Assembly: GCA_021816845.1 (NCBI GenBank)
Contig: JAKAWT010000001.1
Coordinates: 262,087-326,086, forward strand
Length of the DNA: 64,000 nucleotides
Source: a bacterium
GTDB taxonomy: Bacteria > Patescibacteriota > Dojkabacteria > JAKAPS01 > JAJZLI01
Direction: 5' to 3'
Position numbers and translations under genes: made by a program. Shown piece after piece: positions 35,764 through 45,629 of the stretch (its first letter is position 1; the number at the start of each line of letters is the position of its first letter). The notes under the pieces are model-generated. The model ran no database searches, was not told the origin of the DNA, and saw nothing but the letters and a program-made list of their open reading frames with translations.

Positions 35764-36765
35764 TTAGTTCTTATTATTGTCTTCTTCTATCAATCTATGT
35801 CCTCCAAAACCATTCCTCATTAAAGCTAAAACCTTGTTTTGATAAAGACTTTTATCCCTTGATGAAAATCTAGAAAATAGAGCATGAGCCACAGTTTCAA
35901 ATGGAATTTGTTTGTCTACAGCCTCTTTAAGTGTCCAAGCTCCCTCTCCATTATCCTCTACTATACCTTCAATTTCATCTAAATTTGGTGAATATTTGCC
36001 CATCTGTTCTTCGGTAATCTTAGTGAGGTATGACTCCACAATACTCCCATGATTCCATACACTAAGAAGATTTTTAATATCGACATCCTTATATTCTCCA
36101 TTCTTTACAAGATTGAGACCTTCTGCTATTGATTGCATCATCCCATACTCTATGGCGTTGTGAATCATTTTAACATAATGTCCAGAACCTGAAGCCCCAA
36201 CATAGAAATACCCATCTTTTGCAGCAATACTCTCAAAAACCCACTTTTGATTATTAAAAACTTCCTGATCTCCACCTATCATTAAACATGCCCCATTCCT
36301 TGCACCTAACATTCCACCGCTAGTTCCACAATCTAGAAAGTCTATGCCAAGTTCCTTCAATTTTGTATATCTTGAAACTGAATCTACAAAATATGAATTC
36401 CCTCCATCAATTACTAAATCTCCAGACTTTAGATGTTTTACTATTCCCTCAGACTCATCAAATAAAACTTCTTCAACTGGATTCCCTTGAGGAACCATTA
36501 TCCAGAATATCTTCTTCCTATCTTCAAAAAATGACATCAAATCATCTATAGATTTTGCAACTTTTATACCTTCTTTCTCTGCTTGAAGCCTCCCATCTTC
36601 TCCTTTTGTATATCCATATACCAAAATCCCCTTATCCTTTAGATTTAAGGCTAAATTTAATCCCATTTTTCCAAGTCCTATTATTGCTATCTCATGTTTT
36701 TCCATAGGTAATTTATTAGGTATATTCTGGTTAATTCTATTTTTTTTAAATATTTTAAAATTCAC
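35764..36765 (-). CDS. gnd: 6-phosphogluconate dehydrogenase, decarboxylating (short form)
   Basis: IAIIGLGKMGLNLALNL Rossmann motif. 333 aa. Confidence 0.8.
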   Translation of the reverse strand: MNFKIFKKNRINQNIPNKLPMEKHEIAIIGLGKMGLNLALNLKDKGILVYGYTKGEDGRLQAEKEGIKVAKSIDDLMSFFEDRKKIFWIMVPQGNPVEEVLFDESEGIVKHLKSGDLVIDGGNSYFVDSVSRYTKLKELGIDFLDCGTSGGMLGARNGACLMIGGDQEVFNNQKWVFESIAAKDGYFYVGASGSGHYVKMIHNAIEYGMMQSIAEGLNLVKNGEYKDVDIKNLLSVWNHGSIVESYLTKITEEQMGKYSPNLDEIEGIVEDNGEGAWTLKEAVDKQIPFETVAHALFSRFSSRDKSLYQNKVLALMRNGFGGHRLIEEDNNKN

Positions 36766-37416
36766 TTAATTTAAAGATTCAAAGTCCCCTTCTATTAAAA
36801 CAATTCTACATGGAGAACCATCAAGACCTTTCAATCTTAGTGGCATTCCTACAAAAGTATACTCTCCTTTTTCTATGTTTTGCAACACTAATCCTTCCGC
36901 AATAACAATATTATTATCGAATAAAAATTTATGTATTAAATCTTTACTGTGAAATTTTTTTACAGATGGTCCATCTGTTGCAAGTAATTTTATCTTCCTA
37001 CTTACAATATATTCTGCAGCACTAGGATCTAGATATATAAAATCTGGATAGAATTTGCTAAATCCTCTTATAGAATTTTTAGTTTTTAAAACTAATATTT
37101 TATTACTACTAGAATTCTCTACAAGACCAGCCTTCCTAAGATCACTTTCTGTTATTGAAACATCTACATTGGTCAAATCAAGGACTGTACATTTCCCTAT
37201 AAATGTATCTATAGGAATATCAGAAATAGAGAAACCTTTCTCTTCCATATGTAAAGGTGCGTCTATATGCGTTGCAAAATGTGATCCCATGGTAATCTTA
37301 GAAACGTTAGAAGTTCCAGTAGTTAGTGTTGATTCAAAGATTGTGCTAAATTCAGGATTCCCAGGATATATAGGAGTATCTTTGTCTAAAAGTTGAGATA
37401 CATCATAGATTTTCAT
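36766..37416 (-). CDS. Cyclase-family protein (kynurenine formamidase-like metal hydrolase)
   Basis: HxGTHxDxPxH-type motif (GSHFATHIDAPLHM). Confidence 0.65.
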   Translation of the reverse strand: MKIYDVSQLLDKDTPIYPGNPEFSTIFESTLTTGTSNVSKITMGSHFATHIDAPLHMEEKGFSISDIPIDTFIGKCTVLDLTNVDVSITESDLRKAGLVENSSSNKILVLKTKNSIRGFSKFYPDFIYLDPSAAEYIVSRKIKLLATDGPSVKKFHSKDLIHKFLFDNNIVIAEGLVLQNIEKGEYTFVGMPLRLKGLDGSPCRIVLIEGDFESLN

Positions 37417-37610
37417 ATAACAACTATACCCTTTGGATTGCTCTATTGCAAATAATTCATAAACCTTAAGTTATTAGTGATTGTTAAACAAAAAATATTC
37501 TAATATACTCAACATATAGCTCTTTATTTTTTGAGATATATAATGTAATTTTAATGTTATAAAATTAACATGTATCATATGATATTTTTTATGAATTAGA
37601 TCTTGATTTA

Positions 37611-37823
37611 ATGAAGAATAAAAATATAATTTCACAACTAGGACTAGAAGATGTTATGCCAGAGAATGAAAAAGATAATTTTGTAAATGATTTATCTTTA
37701 CTATCCTTTGAGGATGACCAATTCTCTGTAATGGTCATACAACAGAAAGATGTAAAAAAAGTAAAATCTCTAACAGAAACTGAAGCAATAAATCTTAATA
37801 TATTTTTAAGAAATGCTTTCTGA
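37611..37823 (+). CDS. Small hypothetical protein
   Basis: 70-aa ORF preceding a terminator hairpin, with no motifs. Confidence 0.25.
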   Translation: MKNKNIISQLGLEDVMPENEKDNFVNDLSLLSFEDDQFSVMVIQQKDVKKVKSLTETEAINLNIFLRNAF

Positions 37824-37856
37824 GGGTTATCTAGTAGATATAAATATTATATAGAA

Positions 37857-37886
37857 AGGGGAGAGTCTGATATGTATCTCTCCCCT
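37857..37886. terminator. Bidirectional intrinsic terminator hairpin between 37611..37823 (+) and dnaK (-)
   Basis: A perfect 9-bp stem AGGGGAGAG / CTCTCCCCT with a 12-nt loop, flanked by T-rich sequence on both strands. Confidence 0.5.
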
Positions 37887-37905
37887 ATGTATTTTCCAAT
37901 CCTTA

Positions 37906-39861
37906 TTAAAGGACTTCTCCTTCTTTTGCTGCTGGTTCCTCACCATCCTCTGGTGAAGACTGTTCTTGATTAGAAGATTCTCCTCCTGATTCACCGCCTT
38001 GGGACTGATCTCCTTGAGGCTGATCTCCTTGTGGCTCACCACCTTGAGGCTCAGATTGTTGGTACATAGAACTACCAATTTCTTGCATCAAGGATTCAAG
38101 CTCATTTATAGCAGTTTGAATTTCTTCCTTCAAAACAGGCTCTTTTGAAGAAACTTCTTTTAATTTTGCAATTTTATCTGTTAGTTGAGATTTTTTATCT
38201 TCAGGAATTTTATCTTTATTCTCATCTATAAATTTTTCAGATGAAAAGATTACAGTTTCTGCAGTATTTTTTATCTCAACACTTTCCTTTTTTGCTTTAT
38301 CTTCCTCTTCATGTTCCTTTGCCTCTTTAAGAAGTTTTTCAACTTCCTCGTCAGATAATGCTGTATTGGCTGTTATAGTTATATGTTGACTCTTCCCTGT
38401 GGCTTTATCAGATGCAGATACTTTTAATATCCCATTAGCATCAATATCAAAGGCAACTTCAATTTGAGGAATACCTCTTGGAGCTGGAGCAATACCATCA
38501 AGAATAAATCTCCCTAATGTTTTGTTGTCTGCAGCCATTTCTCTTTCCCCTTGTAAAATATGTATTTCAACTGAAGTTTGGCTATCTGCAGCAGTAGTAA
38601 ATATCTGTTTTTTCTGAATAGGAATTGTAGCATTTCTCTCTATAAGTCTTGTGGACACACCCCCTAACGTTTCAAGCCCTAAAGATAAAGGTGTAACGTC
38701 AAGTAATGTTACATCCCTAACATCACCAGCTAGAACTCCAGCTTGAACTGCTGCTCCAACAGCAACAACTTCATCTGGGTTTACGCTCTTGTTCGGTTCT
38801 TTTTTGAAAAAATCTTTAACCGCATCAACTATTGCTGGCATTCTAGTCATTCCACCTACAAGGATAACTTCATCAATATCTGAAGGACTCTTTTTTGCAT
38901 CAGCCAAAGCTTTTTTCACTGGTTCCATAGTTTCTTTTACTAGATCTCCAACCAAATTTTCAAGTTGAGCCCTAGTCATTGTTATATTTAAATGTTTTGG
39001 ACCAGATGCATCTGCAGTTATAAATGGAATATTTATTTGTGTTTGAGCAGTAGATGAAAGTTCTATTTTTGCTTTTTCAGCTGCTTCCTTAAGTCTCTGT
39101 AATGCAGAAGAATCTTTTCTTAAATCAACACCATTTGTTTTTTTAAAATCCTCAGCTAGATAATCGATAATTTTTCTATCAAAATCATCCCCTCCAAGAT
39201 GAGTATCTCCATTTGTAGATATAACCTCAAAAACACCATCTCCTAATTCTAGTATTGAAATATCAAATGTTCCTCCTCCAAGATCATATACAGCAATTGT
39301 CTGTTCTCCTTTTTTATCAAAACCATATGCTAATGCTGCTGCAGTAGGTTCATTTACTATTCTCTTTACATCCAAACCTGCTATTTTACCAGCATTTTTA
39401 GTTGCTTGTCTTTGTGAATCATCAAAATATGCAGGAACAGTAATTACAGCCTCTGTTATCTTTTCACCTAAAAAACTTTCTGCATCCTGTTTTAATTTGG
39501 ATAAAACCATAGCAGAAATTGCCTCAGGAGCTAACCACTCATCTCCAAATTTGATTTCTACTCCTCCACCTGTAGATTTTCTTATTTCAAATGGAAGTAA
39601 TTTTATATCTCTTTGAACTTCTGGATCATCAAAGGTTCTTCCTATAAGCCTTTTTATAGAATAAAAAGTATTTTTAGGATTTAAAACCATTTGATTCTTA
39701 GCTGTAACACCAACAGCTCTAGATTTATCATTTAATATAGCTATGACAGAAGGAGTTGTGCGAGCACCCTCACTATTCTCTATAATAGTTGGAGTACCCC
39801 CCTCCATAACAGCCATAGCTGAATTTGTTGTTCCTAAATCGATTCCTAATATTTTTGACAT
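37906..39861 (-). CDS. dnaK: Chaperone DnaK (Hsp70)
   Basis: [18 protein letters not shown] and [11 protein letters not shown] signatures. The C-terminal tail has EPQG/DQPQG repeats. Confidence 0.95.
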   Translation of the reverse strand: MSKILGIDLGTTNSAMAVMEGGTPTIIENSEGARTTPSVIAILNDKSRAVGVTAKNQMVLNPKNTFYSIKRLIGRTFDDPEVQRDIKLLPFEIRKSTGGGVEIKFGDEWLAPEAISAMVLSKLKQDAESFLGEKITEAVITVPAYFDDSQRQATKNAGKIAGLDVKRIVNEPTAAALAYGFDKKGEQTIAVYDLGGGTFDISILELGDGVFEVISTNGDTHLGGDDFDRKIIDYLAEDFKKTNGVDLRKDSSALQRLKEAAEKAKIELSSTAQTQINIPFITADASGPKHLNITMTRAQLENLVGDLVKETMEPVKKALADAKKSPSDIDEVILVGGMTRMPAIVDAVKDFFKKEPNKSVNPDEVVAVGAAVQAGVLAGDVRDVTLLDVTPLSLGLETLGGVSTRLIERNATIPIQKKQIFTTAADSQTSVEIHILQGEREMAADNKTLGRFILDGIAPAPRGIPQIEVAFDIDANGILKVSASDKATGKSQHITITANTALSDEEVEKLLKEAKEHEEEDKAKKESVEIKNTAETVIFSSEKFIDENKDKIPEDKKSQLTDKIAKLKEVSSKEPVLKEEIQTAINELESLMQEIGSSMYQQSEPQGGEPQGDQPQGDQSQGGESGGESSNQEQSSPEDGEEPAAKEGEVL

Positions 39862-39892
39862 AATAATATATTAACTAAATTAAATTTTTAAA

Positions 39893-40522
39893 CTAAGATT
39901 CTTTTTTCCCAACGATTATCCTTGCTGGACGAATAACTTTCCCATTTTGTTCATATCCAACCCTAACAACTTGTATAACCTTATTCTCTTTTTCAGGATC
40001 ATCAACATTCACTGTCCCTATTACCTCATGATTTAATGGAGAAAATGTATCTCCTTCGTTAACTACCATCACCTGAGCTCCCTGACTTTTCACAATATCA
40101 TTACATTTATCTAAAATAAGTTTGATTCCACTTTTTATTTCGGATATATTAACTTTTTCATTTCCACCCTTCTCGCTCTGTTCAAGATGAACAATATATG
40201 AATATATATCATCTGATATTTCCAAAAATTGACGAAGTAACATGTTGTTTGTTATCCCAACCATATTCTCCTTTTCTATCTCCGTTCTCTTCTTTAGATT
40301 TTGATAATCAGATAAAGCACTTTTAAGTAAATTAGTTGTTTTCTCCAATTCACCTTTCAGAGCCTGTATTTCCTCATCCCTTTTATCAATTTCCTCAAGA
40401 ACCTCATCTGTTACATCTTCCACACGAGAATCAACTTTCGCCTTTTTATTTTCTTTTAGATCTAGATCTTTTGGATCTAGATCCATTGGATCTAAATTCT
40501 TTTTTTGTTTTTTTTCTGCCAT
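39893..40522 (-). CDS. grpE: Nucleotide exchange factor GrpE
   Basis: Coiled-coil N-terminal half and a C-terminal GrpE beta domain, located between hrcA and dnaK. The N-terminus carries a DLDPMDLDPKDLDL insertion encoded by three 15-bp palindromic repeat units. Confidence 0.85.
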   Translation of the reverse strand: MAEKKQKKNLDPMDLDPKDLDLKENKKAKVDSRVEDVTDEVLEEIDKRDEEIQALKGELEKTTNLLKSALSDYQNLKKRTEIEKENMVGITNNMLLRQFLEISDDIYSYIVHLEQSEKGGNEKVNISEIKSGIKLILDKCNDIVKSQGAQVMVVNEGDTFSPLNHEVIGTVNVDDPEKENKVIQVVRVGYEQNGKVIRPARIIVGKKES

Positions 40523-40559
40523 AATATTCTTTAAAACTTTAGATTTAAATTATTTTCTT

Positions 40560-41282
40560 TTACCATCCAGCTGTTACTTCTTCTAATGAATCAGTAACGT
40601 ATCTTAGAACGGGGAATACTCTTTTGTAATCCATCCTATAAGGACCAATTACTGCAATATATCCCTGTTCTCCTCTGTGAAGCCTAAATCCAGAAAAGAC
40701 AATTGCTGAATTTTTAAAACTATTAAATCCAGATTCTTCTCCTATTAAAACCTTCACATCTTGCTCATATGCCACCCCTTTCTCAAATATAGATTCTAGA
40801 ATGTTATAATTCTCCAAAACTGAAACAACATTTTTCAAAACTGAAATATCCTCAAATTCAGGATAATCCAGAATTTCAGAGATTCCAGAGTAAAATAACG
40901 CATCTTCAAAAAGAGCGACTGCTGCATACTTTAGACTTGAAGAGAGTGTCTCAACTGCTGTCCTTAAAAGTTTGTCTCTTTGAAACCTAGCATCGTGAAA
41001 CCCTTCCTTTATGTTCATCTCTTGGACATACCCCATCTCATCTTCTTTCAGCATATGTTCAATATAGTAACGAAAACCTACAGAAGTAGGAATTCTACCT
41101 GCAGAAAAATGTTCTTTTTCAATAAACCCAAGACCTATGAGATCGGCCATTTCATTTCTTATAGTTGCAGGAGAAGCTTTTATATTATACTTATCTGCAA
41201 CAGAAACCGAACCCACAGCTTGTGCTGTCTGCATAAACTCCAATATTATACATTCCAAAATTCTCTCTTGTCTCGGAGTCAT
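40560..41282 (-). CDS. hrcA: Heat-inducible transcription repressor HrcA (short, 240 aa)
   Basis: N-terminal wHTH (…VGSVSVADKYNIKASPATIRNEMADL…GFIEKEH…SAGRIPT…), followed by grpE-dnaK. Confidence 0.8.
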   Translation of the reverse strand: MTPRQERILECIILEFMQTAQAVGSVSVADKYNIKASPATIRNEMADLIGLGFIEKEHFSAGRIPTSVGFRYYIEHMLKEDEMGYVQEMNIKEGFHDARFQRDKLLRTAVETLSSSLKYAAVALFEDALFYSGISEILDYPEFEDISVLKNVVSVLENYNILESIFEKGVAYEQDVKVLIGEESGFNSFKNSAIVFSGFRLHRGEQGYIAVIGPYRMDYKRVFPVLRYVTDSLEEVTAGW

Positions 41283-41288
41283 ATGTTA

Positions 41289-41315
41289 TTAGCAAAGATT
41301 AATATTAACTGCTAA
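41289..41315. promoter_or_regulatory. CIRCE-like inverted repeat operator upstream of hrcA
   Basis: TTAGCAaag-N9-aacTGCTAA has the CIRCE arms TTAGCA/TGCTAA, with degenerate inner triplets. It starts 7 nt upstream of the hrcA start codon. Confidence 0.45.
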
Positions 41316-41337
41316 TATGTTAACACCTCCTTCAAAT

Positions 41338-41395
41338 CTTGTCAAGGCATATATGTCAAGACATGTATGTCAAGATATACATCTTGTCAAGAGTC
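41338..41395. repeat. Four direct repeats of (A/C)TGTCAAG(A/G) in the hrcA / 41421 divergent intergenic region
   Basis: cttgtcaagg, atgtcaagac, atgtcaagat and cttgtcaaga at a regular spacing of about 13-16 bp. Confidence 0.5.
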
Positions 41396-41420
41396 TAAAG
41401 AGAAAGTATAATTTAGGCAA

Positions 41421-41876
41421 ATGAAAAGGAAACTGCCCAAAATAATACTTATCCTTATTCTAGCCTTAATTGTCATAGTTATTGAACCTGTTGTAACAAA
41501 AAGGTTGTTTAATATTCACAAGAAAGGGAGAACTTCATCTTTGGCAGTCACCTTACAAAGTGGAGAAGGGAAAGGATATATTCTAAAAACTATACTCTTC
41601 AAAGAGAACAATGTAACAAGCATTGAAAGTAACCTTTACAACGCATCTTCAATAAATCTTAGTGAAAATACAAACTCTCAAATATTTACCAATAGAGAAT
41701 ATATAAAAACTTCTTCATCACAAAACAAAGCATTATCTGCAGGCTCTTATAATATAACCTTAATATCATCTGGATATACTCAAAAAAATGTAGAAGTTAA
41801 TCTTAAAGAAGGATATGATGTTTATGTTGAATTACAATTTTTCAAAATACCTGTAAATTCAACTTATGTAACTTAG
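41421..41876 (+). CDS. Small signal-anchored exported protein
   Basis: N-terminal hydrophobic anchor (KIILILILALIVIVI), then a 120-aa polar domain. Confidence 0.35.
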   Translation: MKRKLPKIILILILALIVIVIEPVVTKRLFNIHKKGRTSSLAVTLQSGEGKGYILKTILFKENNVTSIESNLYNASSINLSENTNSQIFTNREYIKTSSSQNKALSAGSYNITLISSGYTQKNVEVNLKEGYDVYVELQFFKIPVNSTYVT

Positions 41877-41882
41877 TAAATT

Positions 41883-44030
41883 ATGGCTAATAAAATTATT
41901 TTTGCAAAAAAATTACCTATCACCCTAATATTTAATGGTGGGAATTTTTGTGCAATTAAATTAGCTGAAAATATAGTTGAAGAAGGAGGAAACGTAATAA
42001 TAGTAGATGAATTTTCAAAAAATAACTCAGAAAGTGTAAGAAAATTAAAAATTATAAAGGATAAAAAACATAAAGGTGAAATAAAAATACTAGACATAAT
42101 TTCTAATCCAAATTTGATAGAAACATTAGATGAAATAAATTTTGCCATTTTTTTCGGTGGATTTAATAGTATTTATGGAATAAACCATTCAAGACTACTA
42201 AGGAATATTGATTTATTCTTTGAAATAGTTCTAAAAAATCATAGCAGATATCTAGTTGTTACAAATATAAATAAAACCGATGATGATCAATTTAATGAAG
42301 TAGAAGAGAGTTTAAAAACTAAAACTATAAAAGAGATGAAAGATATAAACGGTAGTATTGCAACGGGGAGTCTAATAGAAATGGGAGAGGTTTATGGAGA
42401 AACAATGGATACCTTTTTGAAAAACCCAATAAACTCAATATTAAAGAGTATAGAGGAAGATAAAATAATAAAAGTAGAAAATAGAAATAGATTCTATCAT
42501 TATATCTATCTAGAAGATGCAGTAAATGCCATTATAAAGGTACTATTCTCTGATTCAGAGGGAGAATATAAAATATCAAATAAAGAAGATGTCTCTAATA
42601 TTTCTCTAGCATTTAGAATTTCAGATCTTACAGGATTTAAAGTAGAGGAAGAAAAAAATGACCAAGAATTTAGCGTCCAAGAAGACAGAATGAAAACTAC
42701 TATAGGAAACCTCTTGGGGTGGACCCCAGATACAAGTTTTGAGAATGGAATAATAAATACTGTAAGGGAGAGGGTTACAAATAAGGCTGCACCAATATCA
42801 ATGTTTAAAGATGAAAATATTATTCCATCTACACAAAAAGACATAGGTGCAAAAAATTCTTTTAAAAAAGTGAACCTTTCCAATTTTGACAAAATAAAAG
42901 AACAATATTTAAAAAACGAATATATTAACCAAGGAGTATTCACACCTGAAAGAAAGAAACAATTAACAACTACAAGAAGAAAAAGGAAATTAATAAAAAT
43001 TATAATAGTACTCCTTGCTGTTATTATAGTTTTTGTTATTGCTTCACTAATAGATTCATATATTAATTACGAATCTCTCCTTTCAAACCTTTCCTTACAA
43101 CAACAATATTTATCTTCAGGACAATATGCTGAATCTCTATTTTATAACAAAAATGCACAATCTAATATATCTACTCTAAAAACATATATAGGGGTGTATG
43201 AACCAATATTATCAATACTCTCAATGTATACACCTACAAAAGAAAATATCTTATCTGCATCAAACCTAAATAATTCTATGTATTATTTAATAAATAACAC
43301 CAAAAATATAAACTCAATCAACACCTTAAATTTATCGAATGCTAATCCTGGGTTTATTTCTGCCATGCAGACACTTTCAACTCCATCTCCTGGTTTAATG
43401 CAAGTAAAAACTGCATTATTAGAACTAAACTCTAATTCATTAACATCTGCTTTATATCAAAAACTTTCCAGTGAGATTAATTTTGTAAATAGTAGTTTGA
43501 CCAATATTCAAAATAGGGCAGAAATATACTATACCCTTCTATCTGGAAATAAGTCATATACAATAATTTATCTTAAAAGTAATACTCTACCATCTACTCA
43601 AGGAATCCAAGAACCTCAGAACCTTGGATCTCAGATTCAGGGGAACCAGATTCAAGGTAATATTGAAAAATATGTTTATATAAAAATTTCAGATGGGAAA
43701 ATTACAAGCATCGTGAATCCAAATAATCCGGGAGATCTCAATACTATACCAAAAGGTGGGTCTCTACCTGAAGCTTCTATGGAGATTTCCAGTCTTGTTA
43801 ATTCTGCATTCAAGGTAAACAATACTGGGGTTTTGTATATAACAAAAAGTGCACAAAACAGTTTTAGCGCTGAACTTTCAGGACAAGATTTAATTAGTAT
43901 ATACACAGGGTCTAATTACAATATGAGAATGCTTGCAGTAAAACTTATAACTCAAGCTTTAAAAACTCAGAACATTAGTCTATATATAACTAACCCAAAA
44001 TACCAGTATATTAACCTTCTTCTTAAATAA
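41883..44030 (+). CDS. Degenerate NAD-dependent epimerase/dehydratase-like domain fused to a TM helix and a large Asn/Ser-rich extracytoplasmic domain
   Basis: The N-terminal 300 aa have an epimerase-like layout (Rossmann-like LIFNGGNFCAIKLAENIVEEGGNVIIVDE; C-terminal …LGWTPDTSFENGIINTV…). A TM helix sits near aa 375-395, followed by a 320-aa low-complexity ectodomain. Confidence 0.5.
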   Translation: MANKIIFAKKLPITLIFNGGNFCAIKLAENIVEEGGNVIIVDEFSKNNSESVRKLKIIKDKKHKGEIKILDIISNPNLIETLDEINFAIFFGGFNSIYGINHSRLLRNIDLFFEIVLKNHSRYLVVTNINKTDDDQFNEVEESLKTKTIKEMKDINGSIATGSLIEMGEVYGETMDTFLKNPINSILKSIEEDKIIKVENRNRFYHYIYLEDAVNAIIKVLFSDSEGEYKISNKEDVSNISLAFRISDLTGFKVEEEKNDQEFSVQEDRMKTTIGNLLGWTPDTSFENGIINTVRERVTNKAAPISMFKDENIIPSTQKDIGAKNSFKKVNLSNFDKIKEQYLKNEYINQGVFTPERKKQLTTTRRKRKLIKIIIVLLAVIIVFVIASLIDSYINYESLLSNLSLQQQYLSSGQYAESLFYNKNAQSNISTLKTYIGVYEPILSILSMYTPTKENILSASNLNNSMYYLINNTKNINSINTLNLSNANPGFISAMQTLSTPSPGLMQVKTALLELNSNSLTSALYQKLSSEINFVNSSLTNIQNRAEIYYTLLSGNKSYTIIYLKSNTLPSTQGIQEPQNLGSQIQGNQIQGNIEKYVYIKISDGKITSIVNPNNPGDLNTIPKGGSLPEASMEISSLVNSAFKVNNTGVLYITKSAQNSFSAELSGQDLISIYTGSNYNMRMLAVKLITQALKTQNISLYITNPKYQYINLLLK

Positions 44031-44052
44031 ATTATGGTATACTCATCTCATC

Positions 44053-44526
44053 ATGGAAGATAATAACTATGGTGATTATCCATACAAAACAATTCCTCTA
44101 GAGGTAGGAAATACACAAAACAATTTTGTTACAAATTTAAACTCTAGAGTTTTAAGTTCAAGAATACAAAAATATATTGGTATACAAAAAAAACTTTTAT
44201 TATGGAAAAGACCTCTCTTTTTATTCTATAGTATATTTAGCATATATATCATCATATTATTACTATTTTTTACAATAAAATATTTCATATCTCTACCATC
44301 ATTAATCCCTGCATTACTTTTTAGCCAACATAGTTATTTAATATCTAAATATATATTGTTTTTTTTAATCATCATTGATATATCATTCTCTTTAATATCA
44401 ACATTTATATATTTAAAAATTTATTATAGAATAAAAGAAATTGCATATTTTACCATTATATTCAATCTAATGTTTAGTGTTCTATTGTTTTTAACATTTT
44501 ATAAGATTATACAGATGTCATTATGA
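44053..44526 (+). CDS. Hypothetical polytopic membrane protein
   Basis: 157 aa, with three hydrophobic helices. Confidence 0.35.
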   Translation: MEDNNYGDYPYKTIPLEVGNTQNNFVTNLNSRVLSSRIQKYIGIQKKLLLWKRPLFLFYSIFSIYIIILLLFFTIKYFISLPSLIPALLFSQHSYLISKYILFFLIIIDISFSLISTFIYLKIYYRIKEIAYFTIIFNLMFSVLLFLTFYKIIQMSL

Positions 44527-45620
44527 TTTCTATTCCAACAGAATACTTAAAATATATTATCTATTTACCTTTATTTATAGAGTCTTTTTTAATTTCAATT
44601 TTTCTAACACCAATTGTTAGAGTAATAGCAGAAAAATTACAGGTTTATGATAATCCTCCTTCAGAAAGAACCGATTCCACTGCACCAAGAAGAATACATC
44701 TTACCAAAAAATTAAAACTTGGAGGAACTGCAATTATTTTCCCATTTATATTTCTAACTCTTTTAAATGTACCAATAACAAAGCAATTATTGGTATTCAT
44801 TCTAGGTATTTTGATTTTAGTTGTTACAGGAATAATAGATGATTTTTATGATGTATCTGCAAAATTTCAAATTGTAATGCAAATTATAGCAACACTATGT
44901 GTTACTTTGGCTGGAATAGATATAAGTTATGTATCAAAACCACTCGGTGGGATATCATCTTTAAGTTTTATTCCGTTCTCTATAGATGGTACAAAAATAT
45001 ACTTGGTGTCGTTTATAGTTACAGTTATCTGGATACTTTTTATTATAAATGCAGTAAAATGGATGGCAGGAACAGACGGTCTAGCAGAAGGAAATGTTTC
45101 AATAGCTGCAGTTATAATAGCATTAGTTTCAATACGTTTCCAAACATATGACACTGCAATTATGGGATTCATTTTTGCTGGATTAATGCTAGGATTCTTA
45201 TTCTTTAACTTTTATCCTTCAAAAATATTCTCTGGTTCTTCTGGAAAGAGTGTTTATGGTTTTATTATCGCAGTATTAGCTATTTACTCTGGTGCAAAAT
45301 TAGGGTCTACCATAATGGTATTATCTATACCAATAATCGATGCAGTTTGGGTTATTTTTACAAGAATCAAAGAAGAGAGACCTAAAGGTGTATTATCTTT
45401 GATGAAAATTAATGACAAAAGACATCTACATCATAGGTTGTTACAACTTGGTTATTCACAAAAGAAAATAGCTCTAATTGAATACACTTTTACTGGAATA
45501 ATAGGAATAATAGCCCTTATAGCAACAGGTTTTCATAAACTTATATTCCTTGCAACATTTGCACTCATTATATTCATTCTAATATTCACAATAAGTATGA
45601 GAACTAAAAAAACATATTAA
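44523..45620 (+). CDS. MraY/WecA-family polyprenyl-phosphate sugar-phosphate transferase
   Basis: DDxxD motif (IIDDFYDV) and NAVKWMAGTDGLAEGN (N-x-x-N-x-x-DG-x-DGLA). About 10 TM helices. It is not within a dcw cluster, so MraY and WecA cannot be distinguished. Confidence 0.7.
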   Translation: MISIPTEYLKYIIYLPLFIESFLISIFLTPIVRVIAEKLQVYDNPPSERTDSTAPRRIHLTKKLKLGGTAIIFPFIFLTLLNVPITKQLLVFILGILILVVTGIIDDFYDVSAKFQIVMQIIATLCVTLAGIDISYVSKPLGGISSLSFIPFSIDGTKIYLVSFIVTVIWILFIINAVKWMAGTDGLAEGNVSIAAVIIALVSIRFQTYDTAIMGFIFAGLMLGFLFFNFYPSKIFSGSSGKSVYGFIIAVLAIYSGAKLGSTIMVLSIPIIDAVWVIFTRIKEERPKGVLSLMKINDKRHLHHRLLQLGYSQKKIALIEYTFTGIIGIIALIATGFHKLIFLATFALIIFILIFTISMRTKKTY

Positions 45621-45629
45621 TTAGAATTT

